64,000 bases of DNA, taken from positions 33,320 to 97,319 of the IMG/VR virus record IMGVR_UViG_3300006752_006525. The stretch is one strand, 5' to 3'. The DNA is from a virus. Under the pieces are notes generated by a model. That model was not told where the DNA came from. It saw nothing but the letters and a program-made list of their open reading frames with translations, and made no database searches. Below are positions 27,834-37,253 of the stretch, one piece after another. Numbering within the stretch: the first letter of the stretch is position 1; the number at the start of each line of letters is the position of its first letter. The position numbers and the translations under genes were made by a program.

Positions 27834-28280
27834 ATGAGAGAACTATTTGATACTTTACTGAAGCAGGACCACAAGTTACATTGGACCACAGTACTAACTG
27901 AACGTGCAATTATTGCACTGATTGGTTTGTGTACTGTTATGGCCGTAGGTGATTATGTTTATGGCATGTGGTTAATAAAGTCTGTTCAACTAGCAGACTT
28001 GTTTATGTTGTTTATTTTTGCAGAGGTAGTTGCAATGATTGGTGCGTTTTATAATACAGAACGTATTCCTGTAACATTGCCAATAATCATTGCCATTACA
28101 GCACTATGTAGATTAATAGTGTTACACAGCAAAGAAATGGAGAGTTTGGACTTGATTGCTGAGGCAGGAGCCATATTAATCTTAGCAGGTTCGGCTTACT
28201 TGATGAGCCTCAAAGATAAACTCAGTTTAGAAAAATTAAAAATTCAATCTAAGAAAGTAAAGGTTGACAAAAAGAAATAG
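27834..28280 (+). CDS. PsiE-family membrane protein
   Basis: LADLFMLFIFAEVVAM…IPVTLPIIIAITALCRLIVL signature. Confidence 0.8.
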   Translation: MRELFDTLLKQDHKLHWTTVLTERAIIALIGLCTVMAVGDYVYGMWLIKSVQLADLFMLFIFAEVVAMIGAFYNTERIPVTLPIIIAITALCRLIVLHSKEMESLDLIAEAGAILILAGSAYLMSLKDKLSLEKLKIQSKKVKVDKKK

Positions 28281-28291
28281 GTATGTATAAT
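28264..28291 (+). promoter_or_regulatory. sigma70-like promoter TTGACA-N16-TATAAT
   Basis: Consensus hexamers. Confidence 0.7.
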
Positions 28292-28574
28292 ATATAGTAT
28301 GAAGATAAATCTATCGACCAGAAAAGGCAGAACAGAAATTGCCACAGAAATTGACAGTGACTTTGAAACTGAATATGACTGGCAAGAGTTTATGTTAGGC
28401 GTGTTTGATTTTTTATTAGCGGCAGGCGTTGAACTGCCAGATGAAATAGCAGATGCTTTAGACGATTTTAATGATTGAGTTATTATTGTGGAGTCTAATA
28501 GTTATTACATGGTTAAGTTATGGAATGCATGTGATAAGAGAATACATAAGGCATCACAGTGAATAGGAGAATTT

Positions 28575-28985
28575 ATGATTGAACCACATATGAAAAAGCC
28601 ACCTTTATTTAGAAGGGCAGTAATGAATACTGTTTGGTTATGGAGACGTATAATGAGTCTCAAATATAATCCACTAGGCAAGATTCCAGACCCAAGTCTG
28701 CAGACTTACTTTATGTTAGTGCTGTTTACTATTTGGAGTGTATGGTTTGGTTTCTTAGCATCAAGTTACCTAGGCTGGTTTGGCTATAGTACTGTAGCAA
28801 GTATTATTATTCATGCCGCTATATTGGTACCATTGGCAATGACTAATGCAATCTTTATTGATGCAGAACGTGATGGTCATAAGTGGCTAAAAGAATGGAA
28901 AGAAGAACACAATAGATGGACTATTGTTACCAATAGACTCAAGACAAAGAACTTGACTATATGGGATCCGAGCAAGGAGGCGTAA
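28575..28985 (+). CDS. membrane hypothetical protein
   Basis: AGGAG RBS; two hydrophobic segments. Confidence 0.7.
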   Translation: MIEPHMKKPPLFRRAVMNTVWLWRRIMSLKYNPLGKIPDPSLQTYFMLVLFTIWSVWFGFLASSYLGWFGYSTVASIIIHAAILVPLAMTNAIFIDAERDGHKWLKEWKEEHNRWTIVTNRLKTKNLTIWDPSKEA

Positions 28986-29167
28986 TGGCAATATCAGATG
29001 AAATGAGAGAACAACTTGAACAGGTTGTTCAGTATGGTGATCAAATCAAAGCAATGTTTGCAGAACAAGACGACGTTGACTATGAGATTGGTGACTACGA
29101 TGAACCTATCACACAACTGCTAGGACACATGAATGAAGTCATGGAATCAATAGACGGAGGTTGGTAG
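28985..29167 (+). CDS. small acidic hypothetical protein
   Basis: TAATG coupling and AGGAGG RBS. Confidence 0.6.
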   Translation: MAISDEMREQLEQVVQYGDQIKAMFAEQDDVDYEIGDYDEPITQLLGHMNEVMESIDGGW

Positions 29168-29598
29168 TGAGAAGTATTTGGGTAACGTTTACTAAAGAGG
29201 GTATTCACAAGTACCCTGCCGCCTTAGATGATCCTAAGTTAGCAACAGGCGATTGGGACGATGTATCCTTTTTAGGATATCCACATAGACACACCTTTCA
29301 CTTTAAGGTGTGGCTCGAAGTGTTCCATGATGACAGAGACGTAGAATTTATACAGTTTAAGAGATGGATGGAAAGACTGTATGCACAAGACACATTGCAA
29401 TTAGATTACAAGAGTTGTGAAATGATTGCAGACGATTTAGCGAGTGAGATACAAGCAAAGTATCCTGATCGCTGGATTAAGATTTCGGTAGCCGAAGATA
29501 ATGAAAACGGTTGCGAAATGGAGTATCCAATAAATTATATGGATGGTCCAAACTTTGATGCTGATGGTATCGAAGAAGTATTTGATAGTCTAAAATAA
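29161..29598 (+). CDS. dpdL: T-fold QueD paralogue with LxxxHRHxF motif (DpdL-like CDG decarboxylase candidate)
   Basis: FLGYPHRHTFHF, DRDVEFI, SCEMIA, EDNENG. Lacks the QueD CxxxHGH motif. The DpdL motif match is recalled from the phage deazaguanine literature and needs an HMM check. Start may be GTG 29167. Confidence 0.55.
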   Translation: MVVRSIWVTFTKEGIHKYPAALDDPKLATGDWDDVSFLGYPHRHTFHFKVWLEVFHDDRDVEFIQFKRWMERLYAQDTLQLDYKSCEMIADDLASEIQAKYPDRWIKISVAEDNENGCEMEYPINYMDGPNFDADGIEEVFDSLK

Positions 29599-29608
29599 GG
29601 AGAAAACT

Positions 29609-29791
29609 ATGAGTTCAGAAATACATTTACAAATCAAAGCCGCAATGGATACTTACTTAGAGGAAAGTTCTAAGTTTGAAGACAAAGGTGTAAAGGCCGC
29701 GGCTACTAGAGCACGTGGTGCTTTGATGGAATTAACTAAACTTGCAAAAGCAAGACGTGGTGAAATCCAAGACAAAAAGAATGCAATGTAA
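29609..29791 (+). CDS. histone H1-like (Hc1-family) small basic protein
   Basis: KF..KGVKAAATRARGALMEL.KLAK..R.EIQ signature. Confidence 0.7.
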   Translation: MSSEIHLQIKAAMDTYLEESSKFEDKGVKAAATRARGALMELTKLAKARRGEIQDKKNAM

Positions 29792-29954
29792 TGACAAAGA
29801 AGAAGGCAAACACTAGCTCAACACCTAAAGTTATTAGCAAAAATGAGGCTGACAAAATGGACAACTATGTTCAAAGTCTCGAAGATGAAGTAACTCATGT
29901 TGTTGACTATGGTGACATAGCAGAACCAAAAAAGAAACGAGGTAAAAAGAAGAA

Positions 29955-31163
29955 ATGAGAAAACTGTTTTATATGGGACTTGAGTCCTACGAGGCACGAT
30001 ATACACTTCAGTTACAAGACTGGAATGAACGAGTATTCAAACGCAGAGGCATTGACTATGAGATCATTACAGGTGAAGAGCTGGATAACAGCAAGGCTAT
30101 TGTAACAGGTAGTGTGTTAGATGCACATGGGCGTTCCTATTACAGTTTGTCTCAGACTATGAACCTTGTTCAAATGATGAAGAACGGCGAACTAACAAAC
30201 GAGGATGTTATCTTTTATGAAGATATGTTTACTCCTGGTATTGAATGTTTGCCTTACATCATGGATCAGTCACCGCCAGAATACAGACCCAAAGTGTATT
30301 TGCGTTTCCTTGCACAAACTACAGACCCAGATGACTTCCTTATTAGAGAAGGAATGTTCCACTGGATGCGTAAGTATGAGGAAATGGTAGATCACGTAGT
30401 AAGTGGTATTATGGTAGCGAATGAAGAGTTTGCCGCACACTTGCGTATTGCTGGATTGTTAGCACCTATTTATGTAACTGGCTTGCCATATGGTAAAGAA
30501 GAAGTACAAGGTAGGGTTGATCACAGCACACCATTGCATAAAAGAAAGAAGCGTGTAGCCTTTGCCGCACGTTGGGATGACGAGAAGCAACCTAACTTCT
30601 ATATGGATCTTGCAGAAGCATACTACAAGATTGATCCTGAAGTAGAGTTTGCAGTATTTTGCGGACACCCAGAACTAAAGAGCAACAGGCAAGAGTATGT
30701 TGATAGGGCATTAGCCTATGAAGGTGGTCACAACAGACTCGGTGATGCAAACTTCAAAGTCTACACAGGCTTAAAGAAGAATGACTACTATAATTTACTT
30801 GCAGACAGCCAGGTGCTGTTCAATTGTGCATTGCAGGATTGGACCAGCAACACTGTAAGTGAAGCGGATACCATGGGGGCATTAACACTGTTTCCTGCTT
30901 ACAGAAGTTTCCCAGAAGTATTTGCAAATAACCATAACCACTTGTATGCTCCTTGGAGTATTGATGATGCAGTAAACAAATTGCAGAATATGTTTGCCAA
31001 CATCGAAGCCAAAGACCTCAGTGGTTATAACTTAGGAAAAATATCAGACTACCAGAATGGTACTATCGATAGAACGTTAGATATTATGATGGGCAACGGA
31101 GAGCAATATGCAAGGAACGAATGGGACTTCCGTAGACATGTTGCTATAAACAAATATGAGTGA
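29955..31163 (+). CDS. GT-B fold glycosyltransferase (GT4-like)
   Basis: FAARWDDEKQP, YYNLLADSQVLFN.ALQD…SEA…G…P…SFPEV donor-binding pattern. Confidence 0.75.
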   Translation: MRKLFYMGLESYEARYTLQLQDWNERVFKRRGIDYEIITGEELDNSKAIVTGSVLDAHGRSYYSLSQTMNLVQMMKNGELTNEDVIFYEDMFTPGIECLPYIMDQSPPEYRPKVYLRFLAQTTDPDDFLIREGMFHWMRKYEEMVDHVVSGIMVANEEFAAHLRIAGLLAPIYVTGLPYGKEEVQGRVDHSTPLHKRKKRVAFAARWDDEKQPNFYMDLAEAYYKIDPEVEFAVFCGHPELKSNRQEYVDRALAYEGGHNRLGDANFKVYTGLKKNDYYNLLADSQVLFNCALQDWTSNTVSEADTMGALTLFPAYRSFPEVFANNHNHLYAPWSIDDAVNKLQNMFANIEAKDLSGYNLGKISDYQNGTIDRTLDIMMGNGEQYARNEWDFRRHVAINKYE

Positions 31164-32124
31164 AGCAAAAACAATCTTAGTAACAGGAGGTAGCGGATAC
31201 ATTGGTGGGCAAGTTTGTCGACTACTTGTAGATGCAGGCCACAATGTTATTAACGTAGACAGGCGTAAGAGCGACATACCAGGTGTTACACTATATCCTT
31301 TCGATATAGATAACCACCAACTAAAAGGTGTTATCCAACTTACAAAGCCAGATACCATTATGCACTTTGCCGCAGACCATGAAGTTGGTCGTAGCATGAG
31401 TGAACCAGGAGTGTTCTATTGGAACAACGTGGCTAACACTATTGCATTGTTAAATCATGCAGTAGAGGCTGGTGTACAGAACTTTATCTTTAGCAGTTCA
31501 AGTTCAGTGTATGGGGATATAGATAACTTCCCAACCACAGAAGACACACCAAAGTCACCTGTTAGTTCTTATGGAATGAGCAAAAGTATTATTGAAGATA
31601 TACTACCAGACTATAAACGAGCATACGGTCTTAACTATGCCGCTCTGAGGTACTTCAATGCCGCTGGTGCAAGTCCAGACAACACACATGGTTACATGCA
31701 AGAAAAGGCTTCTCACATTGTCCCAATCATTAGCAGAAAGATACTTGCTGGTGAAGTTGTAGAAGTGTTTGGTAACGACTATAACACAGAAGATGGTACA
31801 TGCGAACGTGACTACACTCACATGTTTGACATTGCCACAGCACATTTGGCCGCTGATTACTACCTGTCTGATGGTGGAGAAGGTGGCATATTTAACATTG
31901 GTGCAGGTAACAGCATGAGTGTTTTACAAGTAATAAATGCATTTGAAAGAGTGCTAGGCAAAACTGTACACTATGAATTTGTACCAAGACGTGATGGTGA
32001 TGCACCTAAGACGTTTGCAGACAACACAAAGGCACGTGAAGCATTTGGTTGGACTCCAATGTTTGGTTTAGATGAAATAGTTGAACATTCGTTTGCATGG
32101 GAAGAGAAGAACTTTAAGAAATGA
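31156..32124 (+). CDS. galE: UDP-glucose 4-epimerase
   Basis: ILVTGGSGYIG, HFAA…VG.S, FSSS..VYG, YGMSK, LRYFNAAGA, DGTC.RDY, RRDGD. Confidence 0.92.
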   Translation: MSEAKTILVTGGSGYIGGQVCRLLVDAGHNVINVDRRKSDIPGVTLYPFDIDNHQLKGVIQLTKPDTIMHFAADHEVGRSMSEPGVFYWNNVANTIALLNHAVEAGVQNFIFSSSSSVYGDIDNFPTTEDTPKSPVSSYGMSKSIIEDILPDYKRAYGLNYAALRYFNAAGASPDNTHGYMQEKASHIVPIISRKILAGEVVEVFGNDYNTEDGTCERDYTHMFDIATAHLAADYYLSDGGEGGIFNIGAGNSMSVLQVINAFERVLGKTVHYEFVPRRDGDAPKTFADNTKAREAFGWTPMFGLDEIVEHSFAWEEKNFKK

Positions 32125-32588
32125 ATAGTTACGAATATATAAGTCAGGACTTAATGAAAACGTATTACAAATCTGTAATACAAAAGATGGCACAAAGCAA
32201 TTACAAACCAGATTTGGTTATAGGGTTACTTCGAGGTGGTGCTGAGATGGCTGTGAATTTCAGTCACTACTTTGATGTACCTTGTGAAATTATCAAGTGG
32301 CAGTTACGTGACAGCAACAAAGATATTGATAAAGAATTACTTGCTGAAATTATAAAAAGCAATTCGCATTCTAATATTTTAGTTGTAGATGATTTGTGTG
32401 ACACAGGTGCGGCATTACAAGGCGTTGATGATGTCTTCTCTGATGCACACTTCTTAGGTGATGTTTCCTATGCTGTATGTATAGAAAACATTGATAATGA
32501 TTTCAACATTGATTTTACTGCTAGACAGATTAGTAGAAATGTTGATGAACAATGGTTTGTATTTCCATGTGAGAGTTGGTGGTTATGA
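32121..32588 (+). CDS. type I phosphoribosyltransferase (xanthine/guanine PRT-like)
   Basis: VIGLLRGG, PRPP loop ILVVDDLCDTG, C-terminal WFVFP.E. Confidence 0.85.
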   Translation: MNSYEYISQDLMKTYYKSVIQKMAQSNYKPDLVIGLLRGGAEMAVNFSHYFDVPCEIIKWQLRDSNKDIDKELLAEIIKSNSHSNILVVDDLCDTGAALQGVDDVFSDAHFLGDVSYAVCIENIDNDFNIDFTARQISRNVDEQWFVFPCESWWL

Positions 32589-32782
32589 AAACAGCAGATA
32601 TAAAAAATGAAAACGGTTATGTGGTTTATTTGTATATAAACAATGACCTATTTGGTACAGTTGATGTTAGAAACAAGTCTATTCACTATGCTGAAGATGT
32701 AGTAGAGAATTGGCAGAACGGTATACTAACAGAAGACAACCAACACATTAAAAATAAAAAGACGAAATTATTCACATCATAG
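32585..32782 (+). CDS. hypothetical protein
   Basis: ATGA overlap; KSIHYAEDVVENW motif. Confidence 0.6.
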   Translation: MKTADIKNENGYVVYLYINNDLFGTVDVRNKSIHYAEDVVENWQNGILTEDNQHIKNKKTKLFTS

Positions 32783-32811
32783 TTGACTTTTTATCTAAAT
32801 ACAAGTATAAT
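32783..32811 (+). promoter_or_regulatory. sigma70-like promoter TTGACT-N17-TATAAT with nested CTAAATA
   Basis: Upstream of folE. Confidence 0.65.
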
Positions 32812-32848
32812 ATAAAGACATCCTCGTCTTAAACTCGGAGAAAACGAC

Positions 32849-33538
32849 ATGAAAAAACATGAAGAAGTAGCCAAAAGGTTACAAGAAAGTAACACTCGTT
32901 ACTGGGCCGGAGATAACATCTCACAACATCTTGAAGAAGGTGACAAACAAACATTAATAGAAGAAGCCACAGTAGCATTTGAAAATGTGCTAGACACGTT
33001 GGTTATCGATAGACACAATGACCCTAACAGCATGGGCACAGGCAAACGTCTTGCTAAAATGTATATCAATGAACTAATGGCAGGACGTTATGATCCAATA
33101 CCACCTGCAACTGCTTTCCCTAACGACAGTGCTGATAGGTATGAAGGCATGTTGGTTGTGCGTAGTGAGCTCACAAGTATGTGTTCACATCATCACCAGA
33201 TCGTTAAAGGTGTTGCATACATTGGTATCATTGCCAGTGAGAAACTAATTGGACTAAGCAAGTACACAAGGATTGCACAGTGGTGTGCAGAGCGTGGTAC
33301 ATTGCAAGAAGAACTTGCTAACGACATCGTTAGAGAGATTCAGAAAGCAACAGGCACAGAGAACTTGGGTGTATACATTCAAGCCACACACGGTTGTGTA
33401 GAGAACAGGGGTGTTAAAGCACACAGTAGTCTCACACAAACAACTGTATTAAAAGGTGCATTCAAAGATGACCCAGCAACTAAGAAAGAGTTTATGGACA
33501 ATATTAAACTACAACAATCATATGCGTGTGATAGATAA
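32849..33538 (+). CDS. folE: GTP cyclohydrolase I
   Basis: SMCSHH, GLSK..R, LQEEL, ATHGC…RGV motifs. Confidence 0.95.
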   Translation: MKKHEEVAKRLQESNTRYWAGDNISQHLEEGDKQTLIEEATVAFENVLDTLVIDRHNDPNSMGTGKRLAKMYINELMAGRYDPIPPATAFPNDSADRYEGMLVVRSELTSMCSHHHQIVKGVAYIGIIASEKLIGLSKYTRIAQWCAERGTLQEELANDIVREIQKATGTENLGVYIQATHGCVENRGVKAHSSLTQTTVLKGAFKDDPATKKEFMDNIKLQQSYACDR

Positions 33539-34071
33539 TGTCGATTAGTGCTAGAGGACCAAGAAACATATTAGTGATTGATCGTAATTGCGTTCCTATC
33601 AATGAAATTATTAATCATGTAGTTCATCACAGAGACATTGATAATGTAATGTCAAGATACAGTGTTCATGAGAGCGAAGTATTTGATGCTATCAGTTGCT
33701 GGTGTGATGTGCGTGAACCCACTGAGAATGATTTTATCAAGTTCAAGACAGAGATGAATGATACTGGTATACTTGATGTTGAGACAACAGGTATCAGTGA
33801 CTGGATGATGCTGAGTTGTATATCATTTGGTAAGGATTATCAACCTAATGAATCAGACCTATCATACCTTTATGGTTGGGGACTAGGTGAACTGTTGATA
33901 CAATCTATGACTGATATCAAAAACGATACCAAGGACTACGAAGCAAGTGTATTGCATGAAGCAATACTGTTAGCATTTGAAAGCAGTTACAAAAAAGTAA
34001 CACCAGAGAATGCTGAAGAAATGATTTACAGTATTGAATTAGAAAGAAGCAGAGATGAGGTAAGACATTGA
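33538..34071 (+). CDS. hypothetical protein
   Basis: Translationally coupled between folE and queE. Confidence 0.65.
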   Translation: MSISARGPRNILVIDRNCVPINEIINHVVHHRDIDNVMSRYSVHESEVFDAISCWCDVREPTENDFIKFKTEMNDTGILDVETTGISDWMMLSCISFGKDYQPNESDLSYLYGWGLGELLIQSMTDIKNDTKDYEASVLHEAILLAFESSYKKVTPENAEEMIYSIELERSRDEVRH

Positions 34072-34964
34072 GCAACGTACCTATTAAATATTCTGAGACA
34101 TTTTACTCAGCACAAGGTGAAGGCCAGTACATAGGCATACCCAGTTTGTGGATGCGATTCTTTTTGTGTAACTTACAATGTAATGGCTTTGGACAAGCAG
34201 ATCCTACTAATCCTGATACATATGAATTGCCATTTGAGGAGATTGATATATCTGATATAACAGATGTACGTGATCTTCCTGTGTTCGATAAAGGCTGTGA
34301 TAGTTCGTACACATGGAGTAGAAAGTACAGGCATCTTATTACTAACAGAAGTATCAAAGAAGGAGTTGATGAGCTCACAGAACTACTGCCACATGGCAAG
34401 TTCCAGAACCCTGTTACCAAACAATGGGTACACATGGTGTTTACTGGTGGTGAGCCATTACTCCATCCTACACAACCTGGTATCATTGGCGTACTAAATG
34501 AATTCAAAGAGCGTGATAACTTCCCTAACAATGTCACAGTTGAAACAAATGGTACACGTGAACTAAGTGATGATTTGTTTTACTACATACAAAACAACTT
34601 CACAGATGTAACTGGCAGAGAATGGTTTTGGTCGTTGAGTCCTAAGTTATGGAGTACTGCTGGAGAAAAGCATAAACGTGCTATTAAGCCTGAGTTTGTT
34701 GCTAAGTATGCAAAGTGTACACCACACGGTCAGTTAAAGTTTGTAGTAAACGGAAGTGAGGAGAGTTGGCGTGAAGTCGAAGAGAACACAAAAGCATTTC
34801 GTGATGCTGGTTGCGATTACCCTGTTTGGATTATGGGGGTCGGTGGCACCTTGGAAGGACTCAAGGTCACTGAAGCAGACATTGCCGATGAGGCCATCGC
34901 CAGAGGATATTATTACTCCAGCAGGGTCCACGTTCATATATACGGCAATGCTATAGGCAAGTAA
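34068..34964 (+). CDS. queE: 7-carboxy-7-deazaguanine synthase (radical SAM)
   Basis: E.FYS.QGEG..IG.PS…RF..CNLQC…CDS, FTGGEP, ETNGT, SLSPK, LKFVV, RVHVHIYGN. Confidence 0.9.
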   Translation: MSNVPIKYSETFYSAQGEGQYIGIPSLWMRFFLCNLQCNGFGQADPTNPDTYELPFEEIDISDITDVRDLPVFDKGCDSSYTWSRKYRHLITNRSIKEGVDELTELLPHGKFQNPVTKQWVHMVFTGGEPLLHPTQPGIIGVLNEFKERDNFPNNVTVETNGTRELSDDLFYYIQNNFTDVTGREWFWSLSPKLWSTAGEKHKRAIKPEFVAKYAKCTPHGQLKFVVNGSEESWREVEENTKAFRDAGCDYPVWIMGVGGTLEGLKVTEADIADEAIARGYYYSSRVHVHIYGNAIGK

Positions 34965-35515
34965 TGTTTAGATATATTGAGAATGTATTTGATGAAACAA
35001 TACTAAATCGCTTTTACAATAAGTATTTTCAAATACTTGATAGCGATCTCAATAGCCACGACATTTGGGCAGACAGTGCAACAAAGAATAAAACACTGCC
35101 CGAATGTTTTACAAGCAACCTAACAACACAAGAACGTTATGAACTCATAGAGTATTTGTACTCTACACCAACTTCACCTTTCCACCAAGACAACCGAATA
35201 CGTAATTGCGATGTAGCAATACAAAAATTGTTGCCAAATTGTAGCATACCAAAACACACAGACACTTGTATAGGCAGTATGACGGTGTTCATGAACAAAG
35301 AGTATGACACTTCTAATGGCGGACAGTTTGTTTGGTATGACCCGGAAGTAGAAAAAGTGTCATACTCTGTGATACCAAAATGGAACTGTGCCGTGTGGAG
35401 TTATAACAGCGGTATAGAGCATGAGGTTACCACAGTAAACCAACACAATAGAATCACAATGCAGTTTTTTATATGGGACAATAAAAAGGATGCGAAAGTC
35501 CAAGTCAAAAGTTGA
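34964..35515 (+). CDS. 2OG-Fe(II) oxygenase
   Basis: HTD…GG.F…HEVT.V…RITMQ (HxD…H…R). Confidence 0.8.
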   Translation: MFRYIENVFDETILNRFYNKYFQILDSDLNSHDIWADSATKNKTLPECFTSNLTTQERYELIEYLYSTPTSPFHQDNRIRNCDVAIQKLLPNCSIPKHTDTCIGSMTVFMNKEYDTSNGGQFVWYDPEVEKVSYSVIPKWNCAVWSYNSGIEHEVTTVNQHNRITMQFFIWDNKKDAKVQVKS

Positions 35516-35649
35516 AAGATATTTGAGAGTGAGGATTGACATGTTGTGTGAAGAACGTAAAAAGAACAACAACGAAGTTGCTCACATGGTCATAGATAAA
35601 TGTGTAGGCGAACTGAGTTATGTATTGGAATTGATTGAGAGAGAAAACA

Positions 35650-36258
35650 ATGCAAACAATTAAAGAAACAGTTGTATACGAAAAGACACATAATAAAACA
35701 GGTCAAAAATATGTTGGCATCAGTACCAGAGACACAGACAATTATGATGGCTCAGGTCCTAGATGGCTAGAACATTTAGAAGAACACGGTAACGATCATT
35801 CTACTGAAATTTTATTTAAGACCACTTTACAACAAGAACTCACAGACTTTTGTGAAGCATACAGCAAAGAAAAGAACATTGTAGAAAGTGACTTGTACTC
35901 AAATGTACTACCAGAGCATGGTGGATGCTTAGGTGGTGAAGCCAATCCAAATTACAAAGATGGTAAGTGGGTAGGCAGACATGATGATAAAGAATTAGAA
36001 CGTCGTGTACAAAAAGAGGCAGATGCTGTTAAATATGAAAGAGACAAAGACCTTTTTACTAAATATCAAATGAATGCCAGATACCACAAAAGCAAAGGCA
36101 ACCGTGAACAAGCACGTTATTGGTTTGATAAATGGCAAGCCGGTATAAGAGGAGAGGACAATAACGGACAGTCTTTACAAAAAACAGACACCTTTGAATT
36201 TTGGTATCAGTGTGTAGGTAGAATGAGTTGGGAGAAAAGAAAGGCATTTTATGGTTGA
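35650..36258 (+). CDS. GIY-YIG (Seg-like) homing-endonuclease-like protein
   Basis: VYEKTHNKTGQKYVG…YDGSG..W…L..HG N-terminal nuclease pattern. Confidence 0.6.
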   Translation: MQTIKETVVYEKTHNKTGQKYVGISTRDTDNYDGSGPRWLEHLEEHGNDHSTEILFKTTLQQELTDFCEAYSKEKNIVESDLYSNVLPEHGGCLGGEANPNYKDGKWVGRHDDKELERRVQKEADAVKYERDKDLFTKYQMNARYHKSKGNREQARYWFDKWQAGIRGEDNNGQSLQKTDTFEFWYQCVGRMSWEKRKAFYG

Positions 36259-36282
36259 CATTAGCCAGAAAAACTGTATAAT
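36255..36282 (+). promoter_or_regulatory. sigma70-like promoter TTGACA-N16-TATAAT
   Basis: Consensus hexamers. Confidence 0.75.
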
Positions 36283-36305
36283 ATATATTAAGACTAGGAG
36301 AACCC

Positions 36306-36746
36306 ATGGCAAAGAAATTACTACCCTTTCATATGTCGCCCAAGAGTTGGGGTAAGAAAGGCAAAGACAGAGAAGTTGCAGAAGCAGAATACACCCTTGA
36401 TGGCGACGAATTGCAATTTGAATTAAACAAAATTGAAAGCAAGTATGAAAGGCTTGAAGCAGACAAGTTAGGCGAACCTTACGTGAATGTTATTAGGATG
36501 GGTGTTGATCCTGACAATGTAGTACAAGGATACTTTGAATTAGATTGGAACGATGCATTTGTTGCAATGCTACAAGAAAAAGGTATGCAAGGTACAAGCG
36601 ATGAGGACGTTGTAAACAAATGGTTCAATGCTGTTTGTAGAACAGTTTTATTACAAGAACAAGCAGACCATGACTATGGTATGCAAACAGGACAGAGAGA
36701 CGATGTCATCAGGACAACAGACACTAGATCAGAAGGCGAAGACTAA
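36306..36746 (+). CDS. conserved-looking phage hypothetical protein
   Basis: AGGAG RBS; GEPYVNV…GYFELDWN..F…L…G. Confidence 0.7.
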   Translation: MAKKLLPFHMSPKSWGKKGKDREVAEAEYTLDGDELQFELNKIESKYERLEADKLGEPYVNVIRMGVDPDNVVQGYFELDWNDAFVAMLQEKGMQGTSDEDVVNKWFNAVCRTVLLQEQADHDYGMQTGQRDDVIRTTDTRSEGED

Positions 36747-36939
36747 ACTAGCAGTTCTAGTACAAAAACTAGATGCAGTAGTCACAGAAGCCATTGAGGA
36801 TATGGATACTAAAGAAGTATCATATATACTTGAGAACTTTAGACAACATCTTAAATATGATGTTAGCAGGAACTTTGAAGAACGTAGAGTTGAGGACTTA
36901 AAGAAGAGTCCATTTGATGACATACTAGGAGACATATGA
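36703..36939 (+). CDS. hypothetical protein
   Basis: Operon ORF; start reassigned to ATG 36703. Confidence 0.55.
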   Translation: MSSGQQTLDQKAKTKLAVLVQKLDAVVTEAIEDMDTKEVSYILENFRQHLKYDVSRNFEERRVEDLKKSPFDDILGDI

Positions 36940-37253
36940 ACACTAAAATTACTTGGGCTGAACTAGCACTTACTAAACCTAGAACACTTGCAGAAGGTCT
37001 TAACGTGTATAGTTCTAGTGTAGGTGGCATACCTGTTAAACAAATTGTAATGTCTACTATCACTAACATTACATTCACTAGTAATTGTGTTGTGTTGCCC
37101 CTACAAGCAATGGGTAGCCTAACACACAAAGATGGTAATACAATGATGTCAATGGGAGAGATGCACAGTATTGCTGAAGGCACAGTTTATACACCTAGCA
37201 TGGCTTTTTCTACTATCATTATCATAGGCGAAGGAGATATTACACATGGCTAA
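36936..37253 (+). CDS. hypothetical protein
   Basis: AGGAG RBS, ATGA overlap. Confidence 0.6.
   Translation: MNTKITWAELALTKPRTLAEGLNVYSSSVGGIPVKQIVMSTITNITFTSNCVVLPLQAMGSLTHKDGNTMMSMGEMHSIAEGTVYTPSMAFSTIIIIGEGDITHG

Noticed and set aside
29161-29598. Calling this canonical QueD
   Set aside because: No CxxxHGH catalytic motif; it has LxxxHRHxF instead. QueD activity is not strictly excluded.
32812-32845. Canonical preQ1-I or THF-II (folE) riboswitch
   Set aside because: Loop and overall length too short for either consensus; kept only as an unclassified candidate
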